A DNA stretch of 64,000 nt from Octopus sinensis (GCF_006345805.1 NC_043011.1:37336464-37400463); one strand, 5' to 3'; shown: positions 1 through 14,212, counted from the stretch's first letter. Notes: generated from the sequence alone by a model not told the origin. Numbers and translations are program-made.

Positions 1-2400
1 CTTTTGTATATTTTTTCTAGTTTTTACCCAATATACCATTTTACCGATGCATTTGATAATTATGCCATCTTCCTAACTCGGCTTCCCAGTCTTGTATGCC
101 TTCATATAAACTTTTTCACTAAAGAATCTTGCTATGTATTCTCTTGCACGTTTTCGTTTCTTGCCAGGTAGCAATTTATCAAAGACTGATTTTACTTTCC
201 ATACGAAAATCAGCTCCGCTGGTGAGTTACCTGATGGTGTATTCGGATTTGGCATCACAGGGTACGCTCTTAAAAATTGTTGTAGGGCTACTTCATCGAT
301 GAATTCCTTATTCGATTCTCTTTGGGCTCTCTTAAAGGTATCGACAATGCCTTCTGCTGTCTGTTAGATCTGGAATGGTTTGGTGCAATAGTTATATGTT
401 CTATCGCGACCGTTTTATATTTATTTTAAAATTTGCTAGACGCAAATTGTGTTCCATTGTCTGGCATTATCTTCTCTGGGATACCAAATCTCGCAAACAC
501 TTCGTGTAAAAAATTTGTCACAGTTGAAGAGGTTGGTTTTTAACACTTACAAATTTCAGGCCATTTCGACAAACTATCAACTACCACTAACTAATAAGAG
601 ACATTTAAAGGACCACGGAACATCTACTTTTGACCAAGGTCCACTTTCTGTAGTGGGCAATTTTGCTGCTAGAGCACATCCTCTACAAGTTTCGATTTTC
701 TGTTCATTTTAGGCCAGTGTACCTAACTGCGCATTAACGCTTTCATGTTGCCCTGTCTGAGTGGTTCGTCCTTCCAATTATACCAAGACTTTCAGGCCTT
801 TCAAGTTCTTTGTTAACCTGGTTTATTGCTACAAACTGTATATTCCGTTTTGGCCTAAAGACCGGTGTTGCACTTTGATTTACAACGACATTAGCTTTTG
901 TTTTTGTACAACCTAGTTCTTCAAAAAAAAAAAAAATCTGGAAATATTTCTTTTAAACTCTTGCTTCAGTCCTTCGGCCTCATTTGAACCTCTCCACACA
1001 GACCACATACGGTCGTATCTCAACAATTTCAATAGTTCAATCCAGTCTGTGCCGAATAAATTCAGTGAAATTCTTAACAGATATATCTTTGCCTTTTTCG
1101 TTTGACCTCGAAACGTTACATTACATACGAATTCAATGAAAAAATATGATCTTTTTCCCGCAACACCGCGTGCTACCTTTTCCGAATTAATTAATTTCGG
1201 TTTACCTACATACTTCTACGCGTTTTCGTTTATAATGGTGATATCACGACCGGTGTACAACTGCATTTTAACACTTGTATTTCTGATTTTCACCTACACG
1301 AATTTCCTCATCGTTTTATACCAATTTTTTCCGATGACATATTTAATCTTTTTCCTTTGTTCAGAAGTTGTATCATCTTTGTTCTACAGTGCGTCAATAT
1401 ATGTCCAATATTTCCACAACGAAAGCACCCCGCGTTTTTAAATCGACAATATTTCCTTAGGTGTGTAGCTCTGCATGGGTTTATTTCCTGATTTTTGTAG
1501 CGTTTTATTTTAGAAAAAAACTTAATCCCTATTCTAACTATTTCGCACTTGCTTTACTTTCAGACAGTTTTTACGTTCAGTTTCTTCTGTGTCGTGTCTA
1601 AATTTGACTAACCATTAACATTCTTCTGACACTTTCTGTAGGGTAACATCCTGCTTTTGTTCCAGCTTAGCGAGATTTTTAGTTCTAACTTCTACATCTT
1701 TTTTCTGTTGTTTGTCCCAGTGTAAAAATGAGACATTTGAACATATTAGGCGTTAATTCATCCACCTTAAACTTCTCACATTCACTGCTTACTCTACCAA
1801 CATATGTAATATAGTACTTAAAGTTGTTCCTCTCTATGTACAGACACTTCCAACGTGTGTTGGACAATGAGCTTTTTTTCACTGAAACTTTTACACAACA
1901 TATCTATTGTGTCATTAAAGTTTATTTCCGAAAGTTTTCTTGGGATTACATAATCATTGCATCGTTCATGTTCTGTTACTGCCAGTTTTCTCAAGATTTA
2001 GCGCATTTTCATCTCGCCATCCCAATCCTTAGATTTTTTCTCGAATATTTGCTCATATCTTCTGTAGCATGTTTCGAAGGTAATTCCTTCACCTGGTTCG
2101 TGGTTGGACTCTGTAATGGGGTTCGCGAAATAGTATGTCGAGAACACTTTTTCTAATATTCCTGACGATTTCAGTAGTTGTAACATTTGTGGATGTAATA
2201 TTATTTGTTGTTGGTGTTCCCTCAGCTGTTGTTGTTGCTGTTTTTGCAACTCGAACAGACAAAATTTTCATACTTTTACGATTTTCCGTAAAATTCGTAC
2301 GCCAATTTTGTGAGTTTATTAAATACTCTTCGAGTTTCTTAATTCCTCGTGAGTTGTTTGAATCCTGGTTGAGTTTATTAATCCTTCGTTAATTGGTTTA
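1..2400 (-). mobile_element. Degenerate Ty3/Gypsy LTR retrotransposon internal region (gag, protease, RT N-terminus, integrase), with stops and frameshifts
   Basis: Minus-strand translation gives gag-like GITFETCYRRYEQIF and SECEKFKVDELTPNMFKCLIF, a CCHC knuckle CFRCGNIGHILTHC (1386-1427), protease KMQLYTGRDITII...LFGTDWIE (catalytic D changed to Y at 1255-1257), RT start TPVFRPKRNI...VNKELER, and integrase MKALMRS*VHWP, VVVDSLSKWPEI, FARFGIPEKIMPDNGTQF, PNPNTPSGNSPAEL. Confidence 0.9.
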
Positions 2401-2419
2401 TCTTCCTCAACACTGTTAT

Positions 2420-2613
2420 AATCTTTTAACGTTAGATTATTATAACGCCCACTTGGGTATACAGTATACTTAGTAAAAGCAGTAAAGACAGGACTATCTC
2501 ATACCGCCTACTTTGTACTGGGGTATTTCACATACTTCTCTTTATTTATAGTGACAGAGCTATTCCATTCATCACATGAGAGGGGTGTACCATTATTACT
2601 AATTCCCTACAAC
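2420..2613 (-). mobile_element. Candidate 5' LTR of the Gypsy element
   Basis: Lies upstream of gag. On the minus strand it starts TGTTGTAGGG, contains AATAAA and ends ...TTATAACA before a degenerate PBS-like stretch. The 3' LTR would be outside the window, so this cannot be confirmed. Confidence 0.35.
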
Positions 2614-3709
2614 AGATATATTTTACATCTGTACAGTAGTTTCAACATCAATCTATCATATACAGATTATGTTGTTTGGTATGGAAGAAGTGACCAAGAC
2701 CCATCAGGTTTTCAAACCCACCGGGTTAGTTGAAATCGGTAGATTTAATCTTTCCCTTAAGTAATTACAAGTTGAGGGCTGCGAGAAATGAATGGGTAGG
2801 AGGATATAGCTGAAAACTGACGTTCTGAGAAATAAATGGTGAGGTAGGTTGGAGGATGGGCCAATTTAAACAGGAACAAAATGGAAGAAGAAAGGAGGGG
2901 AGAACGGAAACTAGGTTAATACTATACTTGAAATACGTAATGTGCAGAATATACCAAATTTAGGATGGTCACGATTGGAACACTTTTGATCAAAGAACTA
3001 GATGAACCAGGGCTGGAATTAAATGACATTAAAAATATCAAGTTCAAAAAAGAAATTTTTGTTAATTGCTGCTGTTCTTAGGAAGACGCAAGAAAGCGCA
3101 GTGATTCATCTACCATAAATGTGCACCTCATTTAATCCTAAACTATAAATCATTAAGTCTAAATAGCAATAACTGAACGAGTTGCTTAATTTCATTGACT
3201 ATATTCCGCATTAAAGGTTTGATCAAACTGATCAACACCATCAAACAATAAAATTATAACAACAACAACAGTAACAATAATAGTAGGATCAATATCAACC
3301 TCAAAACAACAAAAATAAAACAACATAACATTATTGAAAATCTTTTGTCACAATCAGTTTTAAAACCATACACAAAATTTTCCTTTGCGATATTACACAA
3401 AGCCCATAACTTGCTCTAGTATTTAAGGCAATTCACCTTAGATATTTTACACAAGATTGAATATACCCTCTATAAAATTATCCAAAAGAAGCTTATACAC
3501 TTTGGTTTCATTCAGCCACAACCAAGAGCCATTCATTCCACTCAAGTATCTGTGAAAAATGTCGGCTATTAATTCTGTTTCATTAAATATTTGTTAATTC
3601 ATTTGAGACAACTCTTGTGAAATGTATTTAAACTGAATGATTATATTACAGTTCTATGAGTCTATGACTGCTCAATAAGCAAACCTAATCAACTATGTAT
3701 GCATGCATG

Positions 3710-4110
3710 TATATAGGTACATAATGTGTATATATATATATATATATATATAAAATATTTATATATATATATACACGTATATATACATATATATATACAT
3801 ATATATGTATATATGTATATATATATATGTGTGTGTGTGTGTATATATATTTATAAATATATATATATACACACACGTAGATATGAAAATATATATATAC
3901 AGAAATATAATTATCATATATACATATATATATACATATCTATGTGGCGGGTGGTACACGGCTACTTACTGCAGTAATGTGCATATATACGAAGTGTCCC
4001 ATGAGAAAAGAACCATTTCACATCATAAAATTGCTAACATGCTGCGTTAGTTATGAGACAGCTGGTGTATGTACATATATGCGAATACATATATATATAT
4101 ATATATATAA

Positions 4111-4179
<69 letters not shown>

Positions 4180-4524
4180 GTGTGTGTGTGTGTATACATA
4201 TACACATATGTACATACATATGCATACATATATATATATATATATTATATATATATATGTATGCATGTATGTATGTTTGTATGTATGTATGTATGTATGT
4301 ATGTATATATGTATGTATGTATGTATGTAAGAATGTATATAGCGGAACACAAACACGCATACGAACAATGTCGATAGTCATCTTTATATATGCGTAATAT
4401 AAATATTAATAAGCTTGAAGAATATGCATGGAAAAGTGTGTATGTTGGAAAATGACAACTCATATATCGGCATATGTACACACAGATATATACACGTGTG
4501 TGTGTATGTATGTCTAAATATATA

Positions 4525-4620
<96 letters not shown>
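3710..4620. repeat. Compound (TA)n/(TG)n/(TATG)n microsatellite block
   Basis: Directly visible; source of the YIYI/CVCV ORFs. Confidence 0.95.
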
Positions 4621-4622
<2 letters not shown>

Positions 4623-5929
4623 CGTTTACATATATGTATACACTTATTACACTCATAAGCGAATACATATGTTTATATACTTACACACGCCCACATATAT
4701 ATGTTCGTGTGTGTGGTTTGTTTGTATCTATTTGTGTATGCGTATGTAAGACCACGGTATCTACTGACAGGCATGGTTTAAGTCTAGAGTTTAGCCATAA
4801 TAGCTGCTGCGCAATATTTCATTAATACTATTAGTCACTTTATCTTTCAGTTATTGCATAAATGTCAAAAGTTTATGCCTGACATATATACAGTAGTTAT
4901 GTAGTATTTCTCTGCATTCATCTCTCTCTGTCTCTGTCTCTCTCTTTCCCAGTCTCTCTTCATTTCTTCTGTTAACGATGTCCACATCTCCACTTTCATG
5001 CTATTAATATTTATTGAGTTCACTGCATAAAATATTTATTGTCAAACTTTGGTCATAAATGTAAGTCTTCTGAGAAAGGATCAAATGAAAACCGTTGTTG
5101 TCCTACCGAAGCATAGTAAGGCTGGCATTTTTCCTCCACATTATCTTTTCTTAAAGCTCGAACGTGAGGGGAATGATTGTGTCACTGGATATAATTGTAG
5201 TCTATCCCAGAAAATCTACAATGGAAGTATTTCCCTGTAGTTTGATCTATTTATTGTAGTGTAACCCCAAGTTAAACATTATCGGGTAGACTTATGTGCA
5301 AAAGCTTTCATATCATCCTTTATACTACGATCTTTTTCTAGAGACATTTGTCATTATTTTATAAACGCAATGCTTTCAGTTAAAGACGGGGGCGTTTGTT
5401 TTGGTGACTTGCTTCCTATTTTAGAGTGAACACGAAGTGTATCTGAATCGTTAGTAGGTCGTATAAAATGCTTAGAAACCTTGTTTCAGGCTCCTTAACC
5501 CCTTCACTTTTACCTCTTCTAGGGCTGTAATAAACACTCCTAAGTACTGGGATTTTGATTTAACCAACTTGTTCTCTCATTTCAAACCTGCTACTCATGA
5601 AACTCGCAAAGAACTGGCGTTCCATTCAATAGAATTTTTGTCATCCCGGCCACTCACACTTCGTGAAAACACGGTAAGCAAATGGATCGACTATGGTAAA
5701 ATAGATTACAAGATTACAATGACTTTTCTGGTGTTTTTTTTGGTTTTTTGCTTTCCAATAAAGCATAGGGCGTAGCGAGATATGCCTTTGTTAATTTATC
5801 CGTCCTTGTTTTGAAACAAGATGGCGATTTTACGTCTCTGCTACTTCTAAAGAAATCTAGCGATCAAGTGAATATACTGCAAATGACTTCACGCTGCTGG
5901 TGTTGCTAGTGTCATTTTTACTTTCGTAG

Positions 5930-6240
5930 TTGTCCTTGTTGCTGCTGATGCTGCTGCTGTTGCTGTTGTTGTTGTTGATATTGGCGATAATGATGATGAC
6001 GGTGTTGATGATGAGGATGATAAGGAGGTGGAGGAGGGGGAGGAGAAGGAGAAGGAGGATGACGACGACGACGACGATGGCGATGATGATGATGACGATG
6101 ATGATGATTAAGATTATGATGATTATGATGATGATTATGATGATGATGATGATTATGATGACATCGACGACGACGACAACGATGATGATGATGGTAATGA
6201 TGATGATGGTGATGATGATGATGATGATGATGACGATGTG
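5930..6240. repeat. Compound (GCT/GTT/GAT/GAC)n trinucleotide repeat
   Basis: Directly visible. Confidence 0.95.
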
Positions 6241-6743
6241 ATTCTGAAACTGATGCTGTTATAGTAGCTTTTGCTGTAGGGTAAAACAACCAAAAACTAT
6301 TTGAAAATACTCAACAACACATGTATGTAACTTACAGAACAATTAAGATCTTCTCAAAAGTGTTTGCGCTAATTTGTTTATAGCACATGAAAATACAATG
6401 GCATCGACTGAAGTGTTTCTTACTATGGCCAATCTGATGTTAACACACTTTATGGCCTTCTAGCAATAAGGAGAATACAAAGGATGCCCAATATAATGAT
6501 AACATTCACAAATTCTGTAATATGAAGATTCTAGAAGTTCTTGTACTAGTCCAGTAATAAAACTTCAAGCTGAGAGATTAAAAAAATCAACTATCCCGGA
6601 TATGATTTGTAACCTTAATTTCCAATTACATTTAAAACATCAATTTATAAACAAGTAATTGTTTTCTCTTGGTCCTTTTCCGCTCAGTGGTTATCTATAA
6701 TATATTATTTAGCAGTTTTATAACGATTGTACACGCACTTCTG

Positions 6744-6776
<33 letters not shown>

Positions 6777-6800
6777 AATCTATCTATTTTTATATATATT

Positions 6801-6877
<77 letters not shown>

Positions 6878-7962
6878 AGTAAAAAGTGAAAAAACTACAG
6901 AAGGCTTGTTTTAAAAGGTTAAAAATATATATTTGAGTCATTATGTCAGAAGAATGTTATAAATTTTTTTCATACAATGACATAGTTTTTGAAGAAATGA
7001 CCGGTTTCGCGTTCAGCTTTTCAAATTTCTTACATCGTTATGTTTTCGTTGAGAAGTGTAAAGTAGAGTTCCAGGTAAGGGGAGGTAATAAGTGATTTCT
7101 TCCGGTGTAACGGAAATAATCGATTAATATTTCTTGCCTGTTTTTTGGGGTGAGTTTCTCTGTATAAGAATGTTGGAGTGGTTAAGTTTGGGCTTATATT
7201 TTTCAATGAAGAATGTTTCCTTGTTTAGTCTAATTTGTGTTGGTGTTCCGATAGGACATTGGTAAAATGGAAAGATTAAAAATTGTGGTAGTAGTTGCTT
7301 TGCGCATTTCTCAATGTGCTCACTAAATGGTATCATTCTGTATTCTGGGACTGCAATCTGTTGTCGATGCAGTGTGCATCTACGACTAAGTGATAGTCCC
7401 GTGGACCCCACGTAGTTTTGGTGGCAGCCCGAGCATCTTATGGCATAAATTATGATCTTGAATTTCTGTCCCTCTTTGAAGAGGAATTCTGATCCTTCTA
7501 GCAGGTTTGGACATGTTGCACAGTTCGGTCTACCACATTTTTTTTAGTACTACCACAATTTTTAATCTTTCCATTTTACCAATGTGCTATCGGAACACCA
7601 ACACAAATTAGACTAAACAAGGAAACATTCTTCATTGAAAAATATTAGCCCAAACTTAACCACTCCAACATTCTTATACAAAGAAACTCACCCCCAAAAA
7701 GGCAAGAAATATTAATCGATTATCTCCGTTACACCGGCAGAAATCACTTATTACCTCCCCTTACCTGGAACTCTACTTTACACTTCTCAACGAAAACATA
7801 ACGATGTAAGAAATTTGAAAAGCTGAACGCGAAACCGGTCATTTCTTCAAAAACTATGTCATTGTATGAAAAAAATTTATAACATTCTTCTGACATAATG
7901 ACTCAAATATATAAATTTTAACCTTTTAAAACAAGCCTTCTGTAGTTTTTTCACTTTTTACT
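6878..7962 (-). mobile_element. 5'-truncated Penelope-like element: GIY-YIG endonuclease end plus about 416-bp inverted pseudo-LTR arms (6878-7293, 7548-7962)
   Basis: Minus strand reads RPNCATCPNLLEGSEF...IIYAIRCSGCHQNYVGSTGLSLSRRCTLHRQQI...FFIEKYKPKLN. The arms are near-identical reverse complements, and the element abuts (TA)n. Confidence 0.88.
6992..7031 (-). ncRNA. Degenerate minimal type I hammerhead motif in PLE pseudo-LTR (mirror copy on + strand at 7808-7847)
   Basis: AAGAAAT-TTGAAAA-GC TGAAC GC-GAAAC CG GT C-ATTTCTT: 7-bp helix I, palindromic ACCGGT helix III and a GUC site. The core reads TTGAAAA instead of CTGANGA. Confidence 0.6.
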
Positions 7963-8010
7963 ATTTTCTATATATTGAACCACGTGCTTTCACACACCAA
8001 CTTTCTCACC

Positions 8011-8063
<53 letters not shown>

Positions 8064-8110
8064 CTGAGATTCAGTTAAATGGAGTCGCTTGAAACAGTCG
8101 TATTGCATCA

Positions 8111-8134
8111 CTACTTCATATACCGATACTTATT

Positions 8135-8203
<69 letters not shown>

Positions 8204-8300
8204 TACATACATATACATACATACATACATACATACATACATACATACATACATACATACATACATACATACGTACATATTTACGTACGTACATACATAC
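8111..8300. repeat. (TA)n/(TACA)n microsatellite
   Basis: Directly visible. Confidence 0.95.
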
Positions 8301-8814
8301 ATATATGCATTTCCATTCGAAAGATCTTTATTCACACAAAACGATATGAGCAATAATTTCACTCCCAACAGTTATTTTTATATTACCAAGTAAATATTTT
8401 TTTTCGATGATGCAAACAGAGGGCATGTGTTCAATTCGATTTTTTCTTATTTTATTGCTGTTTAACACATTAATCTACATTCCGATAATATTATTGAAAT
8501 TTTAATCATTGTGGAATAAAAAGATTTGAGTTTTAGATCAAGCACACAGAACACGATGAAACCAAAATAACAATTCTCATGCGATATTTAGATCTCTCAT
8601 CACAAGTATACTTTTCTTCTCGATTTCACAACACTTTAAAAGATTCATTCTCACTTAATATTAAACACCAAATTCTTTTTCAACTTATATCCACAAAGAT
8701 ATCCACTCCGAGGTTTCGAGTACTTTTCCTGTAAACCTGACAAAAAATTTTATTATTTCTATTATTATTATTATTATTATATGTTTATATGCATGTATGC
8801 GCGTGTACATATAT

Positions 8815-8967
8815 ATGGCTGTGTGGAAAGAAGCTTGCTTCCCAGCTATATCGTTCCGAGTTCAATCCCACTGAGTGGCACCTTCGACAAGTGTCTTCTA
8901 TTATAGCGTCTGGCTGATCAAAGCCTTGTGAGTGGATTCCGTGGACAGAAACTGAAAGAAGTCTGTC

Positions 8968-9026
<59 letters not shown>

Positions 9027-9248
9027 TATTTATGTGTTTGTATGTATTTGTGCAACCGCCAGCGTTTGACAACCGATGTAGGTGTGTTTATATGCCCGTA
9101 ACCTAGCGGTTCGGCCGCCGAAGTATAAGTTCTAGGCTTAAAAAGAATAGGCATTGTAGTCGATTTCTTCGACTAAAACAGTTTAGGGCGGTGTTGCAGA
9201 ATGGCCGCGGTCAAATCACTGACACAACTAAATGAATCAAACAATAAA
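8815..9248 (+). mobile_element. SINE group A (tRNA-like head, internal (TA)n/(TG)n, 3' body ending ...gcagtcaaatgactgaaac)
   Basis: Head GGCTGTGTGG...GAGTTCAATCCC (A/B-box-like); body matches other copies in the window. Confidence 0.85.
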
Positions 9249-9249
9249 A

Positions 9250-9590
9250 GGAGTGGATGTGTGGTAAGTAGCTTGCTTACCAAACACATGGCTCCCAGTT
9301 CAGTCCCAATTGTCTTCTACTATAGCCTCGAGCTATAGCCTTTTGAGTACATCTGGTATGCGGAAGCTGAAAGAATATATGTGCGTGTATGTGTGTGTAT
9401 GAGTGTGTTGCTCTTTGTGTGTGTCTGTGTGTCTGTGTGTGTCTGTGTATGTTTGTGTGTCTGTGTTTATCCTCTCCCCACATAGCTTGACAACAGATGC
9501 TGGTGTGTTCACGTACCCGTAATTTAGCGGTTCTGTAAATGAGACCGAAAGAATAAGTACTATGCTTACGAAGAATTAAAGAATAAAACA
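9250..9590 (+). mobile_element. SINE group A, deleted copy
   Basis: GGAGTGGATGTGTGGTAAGTAGCTTGC head and ...GAATAAGTACT body. Confidence 0.8.
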
Positions 9591-9674
9591 ATATATATAT
9601 ATACATACACACACACACATAGACCACCATGTCCGGAATTCCCCATGAAAGATCACTAGCCATTACATGTTCTT

Positions 9675-9828
9675 TATTTTCTCTTATAGTTTCTTTCTGT
9701 GTTCTTTTAGGTGGAAGAGCATCAGGTCGAAACGTTAAAGCCTTTTTTTCATTTCCCGAGCGTTAAACCAATACGTCTGTTTTTGTCTACATCACCTGTC
9801 TTCGTCTTTTGATTGTTTTGTGAATTCT

Positions 9829-9833
<5 letters not shown>
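9675..9833 (+). mobile_element. Short repeat family with hammerhead-like GAAGAGC...TCGAAACGT motif, copy 1
   Basis: Similar to 12805-12950 and 58205-58395; followed by (TA)n. Confidence 0.65.
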
Positions 9834-9870
<37 letters not shown>

Positions 9871-9872
<2 letters not shown>

Positions 9873-10117
9873 GCGCCCATTTAAAGCCTAGCCAGTCTCA
9901 TGGGCCCGGTGTCCCGGTTTCTATGGCGTATGTGTTCCCCAGCTGGATGGGACGCAAGTCCATCGCAGCATTACTCATTTTTTCCAGCTGTGTGGACTGG
10001 AGCAACGTGCAATGAAGTGTGTTCCTCAAGAACAAAACGCGTCGCCCGGTCCAGGAATCGAAGCAACGATCTTACGATCATGATGCTCACATCCTAACCA
10101 CTAAGTCACGCGCCTCC
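9871..10117 (-). mobile_element. SINE group C variant (tRNA head, CORE-like middle, tail shared with 28726-29030)
   Basis: Reverse complement head GGAGGCGCGTGACTTAGTGGTTAGG...GCTTCGATTCCTGG and tail GCGATGGAC...CATAGAAACCGGG...GGGCGCAT. Confidence 0.8.
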
Positions 10118-10137
10118 ACACACACGTACAATCAAAC

Positions 10138-10203
<66 letters not shown>

Positions 10204-10204
10204 A

Positions 10205-10440
10205 TAAATATTAGGGAATAAATCCAAATTTACAGGGAAAAATCAGATTTAGGATTGAATCCAATTTTATAGTAAAATATTATATAATATTAATTAGAGA
10301 CAAAACCACTATTATGCAAATCAAACAAAGAAAGACTTAATCCAATACATAAAAATAAAAAATTTTATATAAATTAAATAAAATTAAGTTATTCACTACA
10401 ATTGTTTCTTGTCACTTCTAAGGAGAGTCATCAGCTGGTT
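10205..10440 (-). mobile_element. AT-rich repeat with a degenerate hammerhead-like motif at 10397-10434 (possible PLE pseudo-LTR)
   Basis: Minus strand CTGATGA...GAAAC AATT GT A with palindromic helix III; helices I and II pair poorly; abuts (TA)n. Confidence 0.4.
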
Positions 10441-10859
10441 TTCAGACCTAAAATAATCAATATTTTTAAGATATAAATTTGAAATGACTAAAAAAATATA
10501 AATAATATAAATTCATCAATGAAAAAATATATATATATAATCTATATATAATCTATATAATCAAGACTAAAACCAACCTCTATAAACAATTGATATATAA
10601 TGAAACCTAATATTTAAGTTCTCATATGTAAAGATGAAAAATCTAATTTCAAAAAACAAAACAAAAAGCAAAAAATAAAATATATATACACACATGCTCA
10701 TACACATATATCCAAGTATATATATAAACATATCTAAATACATACACAAACTCACACATATATATATATATATCTCTATACATACACATAAACATATAGG
10801 CAACGATAAACTTATAAAGTAGCCGTATACTTCTACACATTACTTATTCATACTCCCAC

Positions 10860-11360
10860 ACACACACATACAACCCTCATTCATAAACACACTCACTCAG
10901 CATGACAACAACACAGAGGAAACACAACATCCAGCAGCCGCATACACTCAACCACAACCCACAGAAACATTTCATTCTTAGCAAAAAACTACCAAATACC
11001 ATATACCACATATATGCAACAACCATACATAAATACTTAAACAAACACACACACACACATATTCCAAATACCACATGCATGCAACAAACATACACAAATA
11101 CGCAAACAAACACACACACACGAACACATTCACACATACACAAACACCCAAAAAAAACAATATTTCTACACATAAACAATGCACACCCACACACCCACAC
11201 ACACAATCACTCACACACAACCGCACTCACACCGCAACACTCCAACACAGAGGAGTAACAAATTCAGCAGACACATACACTCAGCCACACACATACAGGA
11301 ACATTCCCTACTCAGCAATACACTATTAAAAAAACACCAACACCACTATAAACATATTTA
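10860..11360. repeat. Degenerate (CA)n-rich low-complexity tract
   Basis: Directly visible. Confidence 0.9.
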
Positions 11361-12258
11361 TGAATAGCGGGGACTTCAAAAAGAAATTCCCTCGTCATAA
11401 AATCGCTTCCTCTTAGTTTCTTACGCTCTCATTACTTCAAATATTCCCGCAAAGCCATATGTAGAAATATAAAAGTTTTTTACGGAAATCGACGGAAACG
11501 TGTGCTACGACGTGTGCTACGACAAACGAAACTTCGCCGGAATATTATCTTATATAAAATTATTCTATTATTAAACATAACCTAAACCATTTAAAACGAA
11601 CCTATCTATTTATCAAAGTATATCTAAATTATTTAATAACAAATAACAAAGAAAAATATGATAAATAGATCACTACATAAACAACAAGATTAACATAAGG
11701 ATAATATATTATTCAAAGGCTTATACATATTAAAATTACAATTAGGAGATGTTAAAAAATACGTACCTTCTATTCAATTTTAAATTATGAAGTAAGTTTA
11801 AATGACTAACTGTTACAGCGTTTACGAAATTACGTTATCAACAGAAATAGAATATATTTTTAATAAATTCTTTGCGCGTGATGAACCAACGTTATTTTAA
11901 AGATTATGAATGGAATAATATGTTAATCATCGTAAATAGACTGAATTTACTAACAAATTCTTTAATAAAACAAGCATAATAAACGAAACCCATACATACA
12001 AATATAATGATCAAAACCCCCCTTTACCAGATACACAAGAACAAACCTATATAGCAATCCCCCCCATCTATACATTCACACACATATACACACACATATT
12101 TACACACACCCACAACCAAATACATGTACACACTCTCACATACATATACATACGTACAATACTCGATATATACACCAATATATTCACACCCACACCCATA
12201 CAAATAAATAACTAAATACATATACATCCATAAATATACATACATATTATATATATTC

Positions 12259-12291
<33 letters not shown>

Positions 12292-12599
12292 TTATACAAC
12301 ACACACATATCATCAAATACACATATATATAAATACACACATTCACAAAAAAATAATAAATATTTATATATGTATGTATGAGTGTGTACACGCATACGGG
12401 TGCAATCTCGCGCACATGCAAGCATGCATGTATACAAGTGCATGCACAAGCACCCGCATCTACATGTGCACGCATGCACTCCCGCATCTACACATGCACT
12501 TGTACACGCGCACACATGCACACACGTACATGCACATGCATATTCACGGACACCCTCCCAAACATCTATGTTCTTGTGTATCTGGTAAAGGGAGATTTT

Positions 12600-12780
<181 letters not shown>

Positions 12781-12804
12781 CGTTAGCCACTACTCACATA
12801 TTTT

Positions 12805-12950
12805 TCTCTCCTTTTTTCTGTGTCCCTTTCTGTAGAAGAGCGTAGGCTCGAAACGTAAAAGATTTTTTCTATTCCTGACCGTTTTCACTATTACATCTGT
12901 TTATTTTGTACACCACCAGTTTCGGCTTTTGTTTTTTCGTAAACTCTCCC
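12805..12950 (+). mobile_element. Short repeat family with hammerhead-like motif, copy 2 (motif 12826-12860)
   Basis: CTTT-CTGTAGA-A-GAGC GTAG GCTC-GAAAC GT A-AAAG; followed by (TA)n. Confidence 0.7.
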
Positions 12951-13640
12951 TATATATATATATATATAGCCACACAAAAAACCGTGGATATTTATAAATA
13001 TGTATTCTTGTATATATATGTACGTTTACGTACTTATGCATATTGCTGTAATTGCACATTTTTCTCTTTATAGATATTCAATAATTTCTACATAATATTA
13101 AGTAATAAAATTAAAAAAAAAAGAAACTGGTATATACCTTATGCACCTCGTAAAACCGGTTGTCTTTTTTTAAGTCTAGAAACATTTGTAGATCCATTTG
13201 CGAAGAAGGTTAAACAATATTCTGTGAGATAAATTGATTTCTTTGGAGCAGCGGAGAACTAATGTAATGTTGTGACCTTTATGCATACCATATGAAGATT
13301 TGTACCATAAGTGAATTAAATTGCTTAGAATCGGGAATTTTTTTTTCTATAAATATGATACAGATTTTCTATGGTGTAAGTCATCACTATTTTATTCTAT
13401 TTTATTCTATTCATCGGCATCGCTTTTTCTATATTTCTGCCACTGGATAACCAGATTTAGAAGAGTAAAAAGTAAAAAAAGAAAGAAAACAATGCAAATA
13501 CGTGGTGTCTTTTGCAAATGTATCTGTATGTCGACCAATATAGTCATATATCTAACTAAATATTTATGTATCTATCTATCTTAATACGAGTGTGTGCACA
13601 TATATGTGTGTGTGTGTGATGCGTGTGTCTGTATATACAT

Positions 13641-13760
13641 AGGCGTAGGAGTGGCCCTGTAGTAAGTAGCTTACCAACCGCATGGTTCCGGGTTCAGTCC
13701 CACTGCGTGGCACCTTGGGCAAAGTGTCTTCTACTATAGCAGCGAGCCGACTAAAGCCTG
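13641..13760 (+). mobile_element. SINE group A 5' head only
   Basis: GGCGTAGGAGTGGC...GGGTTCAGTCCCACTGCGTGGCACCTTGGGCAA. Confidence 0.85.
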
Positions 13761-13782
13761 TATCATAGCTGTATATATATAC

Positions 13783-13860
<78 letters not shown>

Positions 13861-14212
13861 CATATAATACATATATATATACATATATATATACATATAT
13901 ATATATAGATGTAAGTTAACAATTGAGGATAAAATCTTTAAAAGAAATTATCAGTAGTTAGCGTGAAAAACCTCGTAAGAGAAAAAATCCGTAAAGTTTT
14001 CCGCTTTATTTATATTATATTGTGGGTACTACTATTCGTAGATACCACCTGAATTTTTATTCCGAGTAAGCAATTTGGTACCGAAATGCATTGCGAATAA
14101 GCCCGCCATTTTCATAGATATGTAAAGATAAACATTCGTACATGCTACGACGAATCCTACGGTTGGCTATCGAGCTTGTAACGTTACGTTTTTTCTTATA
14201 TATCTTGAGTTT

